This document shows positions 29,685 to 37,311 of a stretch of 64,000 nt of DNA, piece by piece (within the stretch, counting starts at the first letter, position 1; every line of letters starts with the position of its first letter). The notes below the pieces were generated by a model, which saw only the letters and a program-made list of their open reading frames with translations, had not been told where the DNA came from and made no database searches. Source of the DNA: an uncultured Chloroflexia bacterium (GTDB lineage Bacteria; Chloroflexota; Limnocylindria; QHBO01); NCBI GenBank assembly GCA_963844415.1, contig CAWJOA010000006.1:550494-614493 (forward strand), read 5' to 3'. The translations under genes and the position numbers were made by a program.

Positions 29685-30839
29685 CTATCGGAACGGAGGT
29701 GCGTAGAGCAGGCCGCCCTCGGTCCACAGGCTGTTCAGCCCGCGCTCGAGCGCGAACGGCGTGCCCGGTCCGAGGTTGCGGTCGTAGATCTCGCCGTAGT
29801 TGCCGACGGCGCCGATCATTGTCACGACCCAGTCGTCCTCGAGGCCGAGGCCGGAATCGAAGGGGTCGGCGCCCTCCGGCAGGACGCCCAGCAGGCGCTG
29901 GACGACCGGGTCCTCGCTGGTCTCGGCCATCTCCACGACATTGTCCTGGGTGATCCCGAGCTCCTCCGCCTCGATCGTGGCGAAGACGACCCACTTCACG
30001 ATGTTGAACCACTGGTCGTCGCCCAGCGGGGCGACCGGGCCGAGCGGCTCCTTGCTCATGACCTCCTCGAGGATGAGGTGGTCGTCCGGGTTCGCGAACG
30101 CTGTCCGCCGGGCGACCAGCTGCGATCGGTCGCTGGTGACCGCGTCACAGCGTCCCTCCTCGTAGGCGCCGTAGGTCGGGTCGATGTCGGGGAAGACGAG
30201 CGGCTCAATGCTGTCACCGAGCCGGTCCGCGAGGTTGAGCTCGGTCGTCGTGCCCGACTGGACACAGACCGTCGCGCCCTCGAGCTCATCGATCGTCGTT
30301 GCATCGGTCAGGGTCGAGTTCACCATGATCGCCTGGCCGTCATAGAAGGTCGTCGGCGCGAAGAGGCCCCACGTCGTGTCGCGGCTGACGGTCCACGTCG
30401 TGTTGCGGATGAGGACGTCGACCTCGCCGGTCTGAAGCGCCGGGCCGCGCTGGTCGGTGTTGAGCGCGCGGAACTCCACGGCCTCCGGGTCGCCGAGCAC
30501 GGCGGCCGCGAGGGCGCGGCAGAAGTCGGCGTCGAACCCGGTGTTCTCGCCGTTCTCGTCGATGAAGCTGAACCCGGGCAGTGCACCGTTCACGCCGCAG
30601 ATGAGCTGCCCGCGCTCCTGGACGGTGGCGAGCCGGCCACCCTCGGCCGACGGTTCGTCGGTTGCTTCGGCCGGTGTCTCCTCGGCCGCGCCGGTCTCCG
30701 CGGGTGTCTCCTCGGCCCCGGTCGCGTCCGGGCTCGGTGCCTGGTCGCCGCAGCCGGCCAGGGCGAGGACGAGCACGAGCATGCCGAAGATGGTCCAGAT
30801 GGATCTGGTCACAGGTCTTCCTCCCACTGCGATGCACAA
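29685..30839 (-). CDS. amino-acid ABC transporter substrate-binding lipoprotein (general L-amino-acid AapJ-like)
   Basis: Lipobox LALAGC, an acidic linker and an SBP_bac_3-like body. Confidence 0.85.
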   Translation of the reverse strand: MCIAVGGRPVTRSIWTIFGMLVLVLALAGCGDQAPSPDATGAEETPAETGAAEETPAEATDEPSAEGGRLATVQERGQLICGVNGALPGFSFIDENGENTGFDADFCRALAAAVLGDPEAVEFRALNTDQRGPALQTGEVDVLIRNTTWTVSRDTTWGLFAPTTFYDGQAIMVNSTLTDATTIDELEGATVCVQSGTTTELNLADRLGDSIEPLVFPDIDPTYGAYEEGRCDAVTSDRSQLVARRTAFANPDDHLILEEVMSKEPLGPVAPLGDDQWFNIVKWVVFATIEAEELGITQDNVVEMAETSEDPVVQRLLGVLPEGADPFDSGLGLEDDWVVTMIGAVGNYGEIYDRNLGPGTPFALERGLNSLWTEGGLLYAPPFR

Positions 30840-31077
30840 GCCGGTCCTCTCGGAAGGACCGCAGCCTCAAGCCTCCGCGAAGTGCGCATCATGCCCTGTT
30901 CAGGACGGCGGGGTCCAGCGAATCGGCGCGGTTTCACCGGTGGAAGTAACGGTGAAGATCAGTCCGCAGGAGGCCTCTGGAGGGTCGTTCCGATCACCGG
31001 GTGCAAGCGGCGGCCAAGATGGAGCCCGAAGTTGGCCGAAAGCGTCGTCCGGTGAAATGTCGACCTGGGGAGGGAAG

Positions 31078-31153
31078 TGGTGGAGATGAGGGGACTCGAA
31101 CCCCTGACCCCCGCGATGCGAACGCGGTGCTCTCCCAGCTGAGCTACATCCCC
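31078..31153 (-). tRNA. tRNA-Ala (anticodon CGC), CCA encoded
   Basis: Acceptor GGGGATG/CATCTCC with G3:U70. The anticodon stem is CCGCG/CGCGG with loop TTCGCAT. Confidence 0.9.
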
Positions 31154-31188
31154 ACGGGCCGGCGCGAAGTATACCCGCTTCCCTGATT

Positions 31189-31207
31189 CGAACATTCGTT
31201 CTATATT
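31189..31207 (+). promoter_or_regulatory. LexA (Cheo-type) SOS box abutting a -10 hexamer upstream of imuA
   Basis: CGAACATTCGTTC (31189-31201) is followed directly by TATATT (31202-31207). The ATG is at 31217. Confidence 0.7.
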
Positions 31208-31216
31208 GGCGGTCCA

Positions 31217-32032
31217 ATGCCACGGACCGATGTCGCCGCTTCGCCGTCCCTGGCGAACGCCCTCGAGAGCCTCCGCGCTCGGGGCCTCGGGCTGCGTCGC
31301 GGCAGCGAGCCGGAGCCGCTGGAAGCCTCCCGGCCGGCCATCCCGAGTGGCCACCCCGCGCTCGATGCGGCACTGGCTGGCGGGCGGGGGAGCACCGGCG
31401 GCTGGCCGCGCGGCGCGCTCGCGCTGCTCGACGCACCCGTCGGCGGCGGGGCGACGACGCTGGCGCTGAGCGCGGTGGCGGCGACCCAGGCGGTCGGTGG
31501 GCTGGCGGCCTGGCTCGACCTCGACGGCACCTTCGACCCGGCCGTCGCCGCGTGCGGTGAGGTCTGCCTCGACTGGCTCCTCGTGGCGAGCCCGCGCGAC
31601 CCAGCCGAGGCGATCGAGCTCGCGGCCTGGCTCGGCCGCTCGGGGCTCATCGACGCGCTCGTCCTCGACCTCGGGGAGCGGGGCGTGCCGGATCGGCGGG
31701 CGCTGGACCGGCTCGGTTCGCTGCTGGCCCGCTCCGCGACGACCTCCGCGCTCGTCGTCGCGCCGGCCGGCCGCGTCGTCGCCGGGGCGGTGGCCGGCGT
31801 GCGGGTGGCACTGCATCGGTCCGCCTGGCTGGCGGTCGGGCGCGACCTCGTCGGGCAGCGCGTCCGGGCCACCGTCGAGCGGCATCGCTGGGCGCTGGCC
31901 GGCGGCACCGCGGAGCTCGACCTGTGGTTCGCGGAGGGGCGACGCATCGGTCCACTGCTGCGTGCGGTGGCCGAGCCACGCCCGATCGAGTCGGCGGAGG
32001 AGCGCCCGGCGCTCCAGGTGGTCGGGGCGTGA
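31217..32032 (+). CDS. imuA: ImuA-like (RecA-fold, SulA/ImuA family) mutasome component
   Basis: The call rests on position upstream of and coupled to imuB, and on a degenerate RecA-like P-loop region (LLDAPVGGGATTLAL). The family assignment comes from context plus fold-like motifs. Confidence 0.7.
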   Translation: MPRTDVAASPSLANALESLRARGLGLRRGSEPEPLEASRPAIPSGHPALDAALAGGRGSTGGWPRGALALLDAPVGGGATTLALSAVAATQAVGGLAAWLDLDGTFDPAVAACGEVCLDWLLVASPRDPAEAIELAAWLGRSGLIDALVLDLGERGVPDRRALDRLGSLLARSATTSALVVAPAGRVVAGAVAGVRVALHRSAWLAVGRDLVGQRVRATVERHRWALAGGTAELDLWFAEGRRIGPLLRAVAEPRPIESAEERPALQVVGA

Positions 32033-33108
32033 CGCAGCGCCTGCTCGCCCTCGTCTGGCCCGAGCTGCGCGAGGCCGATGCCGACGCGGACCCCTTCGAT
32101 CGCATCCTCGACGCGCTCGACGACCTCTCGCCGCGGGTCGAGGCGGTCGACGTCGGCGTGGCGCTCGTCGACATCACCGGCCTGGAGGCACTGGTTGGCC
32201 CGGAACGGAGAGTCGCGGCACGGGCCGTGATGCTGGCGCGGGGCGTGGCGCCGCTCGCCGTCCGCTGCGGGGTCGGCGACAACCGCTGGCTGGCGACGCT
32301 GGCCGCCCGGCTGGCACGCTTCGAGCGCGACGGCGCGCCGGCCGCGTTCCGCACCCTCGAGCGCGCGGAGCTGAGCGACCTGCCGCTGACCCTCCTGCCG
32401 GTCGATCCGGCCACGCGCCAGCGCCTCGCGCTCTTCGGCCTGACGACGATGGCCCAGCTCGCCGGTCTGCCGCGCTCGTCGGTCGGCGCCCAGTTCGGCG
32501 CGGTCGGCGAACGGCTCCAGGACCTGGCGCGCGGGCACGACCCACGGCCGATCGTGCCGCGCCGGCGTCCCGAGCGGCTCGAGGCCGGCGCCATCTTCGA
32601 GACGCCGATCGACGGGGTCGGCGCCGCGGGGCTCACCCTGCGTCGCCTGGCCGGCGACCTGTGCGATCGGCTTCGCGAGCGCCACCTGGCCCCGGGCCGC
32701 GCCGTGCTGGAGCTGCGCTTCGAGGACGCGCCCGACCTGCGCGTCGCCCAGCCCTTCCCGCAGCCGGTCCTCGAGCCGGACTGGATCGCGCGGCTGCTCC
32801 TCTCGCGCCTCGAGGCTGCCGCCCGGATGCGGTTCACCTCAATCACCACGGTGGGCGGTGAATCGCAGGAGCCGCGAGACGAGCCACGGGTCGCATCGGT
32901 CCATCTGACGTTCGATCGCCTGGCGGACCCCGCAACGCGCCAGCTCCCCGCCTTCGAGGCGCGTGCCGGACGCTGGGAGGAGCTGCGCTGGTCACTGGAG
33001 CGGATCCGGCATCGGTTCGGCGCCGGCCGCCTGTGGCGGGCGACTGCCGAGCGGCCGACCGCGGCGCTGCCGGAGCATCGGTCGCGGCTGGTGGGACTCA
33101 ACGAGTGA
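32029..33108 (+). CDS. imuB: ImuB, Y-family DNA polymerase-like protein (short, 359 aa)
   Basis: The Y-family-like N-terminus lacks obvious catalytic acidic triad conservation (LLALVWPEL...VDITGLEALVG...LFGLTTMAQLAGLP). The GTG at 32029 overlaps the imuA TGA. Confidence 0.8.
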   Translation: MTQRLLALVWPELREADADADPFDRILDALDDLSPRVEAVDVGVALVDITGLEALVGPERRVAARAVMLARGVAPLAVRCGVGDNRWLATLAARLARFERDGAPAAFRTLERAELSDLPLTLLPVDPATRQRLALFGLTTMAQLAGLPRSSVGAQFGAVGERLQDLARGHDPRPIVPRRRPERLEAGAIFETPIDGVGAAGLTLRRLAGDLCDRLRERHLAPGRAVLELRFEDAPDLRVAQPFPQPVLEPDWIARLLLSRLEAAARMRFTSITTVGGESQEPRDEPRVASVHLTFDRLADPATRQLPAFEARAGRWEELRWSLERIRHRFGAGRLWRATAERPTAALPEHRSRLVGLNE

Positions 33109-33359
33109 CCCGGCGCTACCTCGACCACCCGCTCGTGCAGGTCGAGACCGATGCCGACGGCACGCCCGTGCGACTGCGCCTGGACGGGACCGATCACGGC
33201 GAGGTCGGCATCTGCAACCGCTGGCGGGTCGACGACGGCTGGTGGCGGGAGCCGGTCGCCCGCGCCTGCTACAAGGTCGTCACCCGCTCCGGCCTGCTGT
33301 GCACGATCTTCCTCGACGAGATCCGCGGCACCTGGCACCTCGAGCGCGTCTTCGATTGA
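33105..33359 (+). CDS. small conserved-looking protein coupled to imuB (84 aa; possibly a detached ImuB C-terminal module, DUF6504-like)
   Basis: The GTG at 33105 overlaps the imuB TGA (GTGA). It carries a Trp-rich motif: RWRVDDGWWREPVARACYKVV...GTWHLERVFD. Confidence 0.55.
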   Translation: MTRRYLDHPLVQVETDADGTPVRLRLDGTDHGEVGICNRWRVDDGWWREPVARACYKVVTRSGLLCTIFLDEIRGTWHLERVFD

Positions 33360-33435
33360 CGCCCGGCCCATACTCGAACAGAGCCCGTGCCACCGTGCCC
33401 CAACGCTGGCACTGCTCGTGCTGGAGGCCACACCG

Positions 33436-33756
33436 ATGAATTCCGGCACGACCGCCGACCAGCCCGCGGCCTCCGAGCTCGACCTTCCCGGTCCCGACGA
33501 TCCGGTGGCCTGGAACTACGTGCAGGCCGAGACACTCGTGGTCGGGCCAGATGGCGAGGACCTGGGCCGCGTCGCGGCCATGCTCGGCACCGAGACCGAG
33601 GGGATCTTCCACGGCGTGGCAGTGACCCCGTACGCCGACGGCACGACCCGGGTCGTGCCGGCCGATGCGGTCACCGGCCTCACCTCGTCGCGCGTGCAGA
33701 TCGCGTGGGACGCCGACCAGCTGACCGCCGCCGAGGCCTTCCAGCCGGTCGGGTAG
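33436..33756 (+). CDS. hypothetical protein (PRC-barrel/DUF2171-like)
   Basis: 106 aa, containing EDLGRVAAMLGTETEGIFHGVAV. The assignment is weak. Confidence 0.45.
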   Translation: MNSGTTADQPAASELDLPGPDDPVAWNYVQAETLVVGPDGEDLGRVAAMLGTETEGIFHGVAVTPYADGTTRVVPADAVTGLTSSRVQIAWDADQLTAAEAFQPVG

Positions 33757-33766
33757 GATCGGCCGC

Positions 33767-34541
33767 GTGACCGATCCCGCGCACCGCGTCGACCGGCTCT
33801 GGCCGGATCCCGTCGCAGACCTTCTCCTCGACGATGCGATGGCCGGCTTCACGCTGCCGGCGCCGCCCGGGGACCGCCCGCTCGTGGGCGTGAACATGGT
33901 CACCAGCATCGACGGCCGCGCGCAGCTGGAGGGCACGGCCGAGGGCCTCGCAGGCCGCGCCGATCGGCGGCTCATGCGCCACTACCGCGCCGCCTACGAC
34001 GCCGTCGGCAGCGGCGCCGGCACTCTGCGCGCGGCCGGCCTGTGGCTGCGGGTCGGCGACGACCTCGCGACGCGACGCGCGGCCGAGGGTCGTCGCGCCC
34101 AACCCGGTCGGGGTGGTGATCGCGGGGGACGAGGCGGTGCCGCTCGACGCGCGCTGGTTCGACGGCGACGAGCGCCGCATCCTCGTCGTCGGCCGCTCCA
34201 ATCCCATCGAGGCGGCCCCCGTCGGGACCGAGCTCGTTCGGGCCTCCGACGCGCGGCCGGCCCCCGCCTGGATCCTGGCGAGCCTCGCGGCGCGCGGCAT
34301 CCGCACCCTCCTGCTCGAGGGCGGGCCGCACCTGAACGCCGCCTTCCTGGCGGCCGGGCTCATCGACGAGCTGTACTGGACGGTCGGCGCGCACCTGCTG
34401 GGAACCGACGCGCTGCCGATGATCGCGCCGATCCCCGGCGGTTCGCCGTACGCCACCGAGCCGCATCGCGGTCGGCTGGTCAGCATCCTGCGCCACGACG
34501 ACGAGCTCTTCCTGCGCTACCGGTTCGATCCCGGCGGATGA
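33767..34541 (+). pseudogene. RibD C-terminal domain / dihydrofolate-reductase-like reductase, reading frame broken as assembled
   Basis: The N-terminal part (VNMVTSIDGRAQLEG...) lies in one frame. The C-terminal part (NPVGVVIAGDEAVPLD...LLLEGGPHLNAAFLAAGLIDELYWTV...) lies in another. The junction is at about 34095-34106. Confidence 0.7.
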
Positions 34542-34560
34542 GCGCAGGTAGCATCGGTCC

Positions 34561-35436
34561 GTGACCTCCGTCGAACTCGGGCGCATCGGTGCCTGGGGCC
34601 ATCTCGATACGCTCTCGATCCCCGAGGCCCGCGCGTACGCGGCTCGCGTCGAGGCGCTCGGCTACGGCAGCCTCTGGGTGCCGGAGACGGTCGGTCGCGA
34701 ACCGTTCGCACTGCTTGCCCTGCTGGCGGGCGAGACCTCGCGGCTCGTCCTCGGGACGAGCATCGTGAACATCTGGGGCCGCGACGCCCAGGCCACGCGG
34801 ATGGGCGCGAAGACGCTGGCCGAGGCGACCGCCGGCCGGTTCGTCCTCGGCCTCGGCGTCAGCCATCCGCACCTCGCGGGCAAGCTGCGTGGCCATCACT
34901 TCGAGCGTCCGTTGTCGAAGATGCGCGAGTACCTCGCCGCCTACCACGCCGCGATCTATCGCGGCCCGCCCGACGACGGCCACGAGCCGCCGGTCCTCGT
35001 CGCCGCGCTTCGTGAGCGGATGACAGACCTCGCCGCCACCGACGCCGACGGCGCCTTCCCGTACCTCGTCACGCCCGAGCGGGTGGCCTGGATGCGTGCG
35101 CGCCTCGACGGCGCGGCCGACGGCGCCCGACCGATCCTGGCGGTGACCCTGCCGGTGTCGCTGAGCGGAGCCGATGCCGCGCGCGCCTACCTCAAGCCCT
35201 ACCTGCGCACGCCCACGTACCAGGCATCGTGGGAGCTCCAGGGCTTCACCGCCGACGACTGGGAGGCGCCGGGCAGCGACCGGCTCGTGTCGGCGATGGT
35301 CATCACCGGCTCCATCGCCGACGCCCGCGCGCGCCTGGACGCCCTGCATGCCGCCGGCGCCGACCACGTTGCGATCGTTCCGGTCGCGCCGGACGGGACC
35401 GATGACCACCTGCCGACGCTGGAGGCACTGGCTTGA
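34561..35436 (+). CDS. LLM-class (luciferase-like) F420-dependent oxidoreductase
   Basis: IGAWGHLDTLS...ALGYGSLWVPETVGREPF is typical of the Rv1855c-like LLM subgroup. Confidence 0.8.
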   Translation: MTSVELGRIGAWGHLDTLSIPEARAYAARVEALGYGSLWVPETVGREPFALLALLAGETSRLVLGTSIVNIWGRDAQATRMGAKTLAEATAGRFVLGLGVSHPHLAGKLRGHHFERPLSKMREYLAAYHAAIYRGPPDDGHEPPVLVAALRERMTDLAATDADGAFPYLVTPERVAWMRARLDGAADGARPILAVTLPVSLSGADAARAYLKPYLRTPTYQASWELQGFTADDWEAPGSDRLVSAMVITGSIADARARLDALHAAGADHVAIVPVAPDGTDDHLPTLEALA

Positions 35437-36725
35437 CCCAGCCGCCGGCCGTCGCCCGTGCCATGGTCACCGCGGCCGCCATCCCGGCCGCGGACCTGCC
35501 GCGGCTGCGCAGGCGCATGCGCTGGGTGCTCTTCGGGGTCGCGGCCCTCGGGAGCACCGGCTATATCGCTGCGGTCACCGTCGGCACGCTCGTCGCCGCG
35601 GAGCTCTCGGGCGGAGCGGCGCTCGGTGGCCTGCCGACCACGCTGACTACGATCGGTACCGCCGTCGCCGCCAGCCTCATCGCGATGGTCATGCTGCGCG
35701 CCGGCCGGCGGCTCGGCCTGCTGCTCGGGCTGGCAGTCGGCGTCCTCGGCGGTGGCGTGGTGTTCGTCTCCGTGCTCACCGGCTCGATCCCGCTCCTGCT
35801 GCTCGGCAGCGCGTTCACCGGCTTCGCCAACGCCGCCGGCAACCTCGGCCGCTACATCGCCGCCGACATGGCCACTCCCGATCGCCGCGCCTCGGCGTTG
35901 GGACTCGTCGTGTGGGGCACGACGATCGGCGCGGTGATCGGGCCCAACCTCACCGCGCCGGCCGGCGACGCCGCCATCGCGCTCGGCCTTCCGGAGCTGG
36001 CGGGGCCGTACCTGCTGACGGTCGTCTTCATCGGACTGGCGTGGATCATGTCGGCGATCCTGCTCAGGCCGGAGCCATACGCGCTCGCCGATCCATCGGC
36101 CCTGCCCAGCGCGACGGAGCCGCCACGCGAGGCGCCTGCGCTGCGCGTGATCGTGGCGCGGCCGTCGGTCGCTGTCGCGCTCGTCTCGCTGGTGGCCGCG
36201 CAGGTCGTGATGGTGCTGATCATGACGATGACCCCGATCCACCTGACCGATCACGGCCACGGGCTCGCGACGGTCGGTCTCGTCCTCTCGGCGCACACGT
36301 TCGGCATGTTCGGCCTCTCGCCGATCACCGGGCGCCTCACCGATCGCTTCGGCGGCCCGCCGGTCATCGCCGCCGGCCTCCTCGGCCTCGCCGCGGCCGC
36401 CCTGCTCGCCGCGCTGGCGCCGGCCGATGGTGGGTTCCCGCTGACGTTCGCCCTCTTCCTGCTCGGCTATGGCTGGAACCTGTGCTTCGTGGCCGCCTCG
36501 TCGATGCTCAGCCACGGCCTGCAGCTCGCGGAGCGGACGCGGATCCAGGGCATCGCCGACACGCTGACGTGGGGCACCGCCGCGCTCGCCAGCCTCTCGT
36601 CGGGGCTGGTCGTGGCCGCCGCGTCGTACACCGTGCTCGGCTTTATCGGCGTCGGGCTGACGTTCATCCCGGCCGCGTTCCTCGCGCTCCAGGGCCGCAA
36701 CCTCCGCCCCGTCGCCACCGCGTGA
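35433..36725 (+). CDS. MFS transporter
   Basis: 12-TM profile. The TTG start overlaps the upstream TGA. Confidence 0.85.
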   Translation: MTQPPAVARAMVTAAAIPAADLPRLRRRMRWVLFGVAALGSTGYIAAVTVGTLVAAELSGGAALGGLPTTLTTIGTAVAASLIAMVMLRAGRRLGLLLGLAVGVLGGGVVFVSVLTGSIPLLLLGSAFTGFANAAGNLGRYIAADMATPDRRASALGLVVWGTTIGAVIGPNLTAPAGDAAIALGLPELAGPYLLTVVFIGLAWIMSAILLRPEPYALADPSALPSATEPPREAPALRVIVARPSVAVALVSLVAAQVVMVLIMTMTPIHLTDHGHGLATVGLVLSAHTFGMFGLSPITGRLTDRFGGPPVIAAGLLGLAAAALLAALAPADGGFPLTFALFLLGYGWNLCFVAASSMLSHGLQLAERTRIQGIADTLTWGTAALASLSSGLVVAAASYTVLGFIGVGLTFIPAAFLALQGRNLRPVATA

Positions 36726-37285
36726 TCCGCACCGATCGGCTCCTCCTGCGCCGCTGGACCGATGCGGATCTCGCCCCGTTCGCGGCCATGAACGCCGACC
36801 CGGTCGTGATGCAGCACATGCAGGGGCTGATGTCGCATGAGGCCTCCGACGCGTCCGCCAATCGCATCGAGCGGCACTGGGAGGAGCACGGCTGGGGACT
36901 GTGGGCCGTCGAGGTGCCCGGCGTCGCGCCGTTCGTCGGCTACGTCGGGCTCTGGCCCGCCGACGACGTCGCCGATGGCATGGTCGTGGTCGGCTGGCGC
37001 CTGGCGAGCGCCCACTGGGGGAACGGCTATGCCACCGAGGCCGCCCGCGAGGCGCTCCGTTTCGGCTTCACCGACGTCGGCCTGGACGAGATCGTGTCGT
37101 TCACCGTGCCGCAGGACGTCCGTTCGCGGCGGGTCATGGAGCGGATCGGGCTCGTGCGCGACCCCGCGCGCGACTTCGACCATCCCCGCGTCGACCCGAT
37201 CGCCTACCCGCATCTCGTGGCGCACGTGTTCTACCGCCTGTCCGGCGCCGACTGGCGAGCTCGAGACGCCAACTTCCCGGAATAG
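36722..37285 (+). CDS. GNAT family N-acetyltransferase (RimJ/RimL-like)
   Basis: IRTDRLLLRRWTDADLAPF...WGNGYATEAAREAL. The GTG overlaps the MFS TGA. Confidence 0.8.
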   Translation: MIRTDRLLLRRWTDADLAPFAAMNADPVVMQHMQGLMSHEASDASANRIERHWEEHGWGLWAVEVPGVAPFVGYVGLWPADDVADGMVVVGWRLASAHWGNGYATEAAREALRFGFTDVGLDEIVSFTVPQDVRSRRVMERIGLVRDPARDFDHPRVDPIAYPHLVAHVFYRLSGADWRARDANFPE

Positions 37286-37302
37286 AACATCCGTTCTATC
37301 AT
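37285..37302 (+). promoter_or_regulatory. LexA (Cheo-type) SOS box abutting a -10 hexamer upstream of dnaE2
   Basis: GAACATCCGTTC (37285-37296) is followed directly by TATCAT (37297-37302). The ATG is at 37312. The box starts on the last base of the GNAT stop codon. Confidence 0.7.
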
Positions 37303-37311
37303 GAGTGTCCG

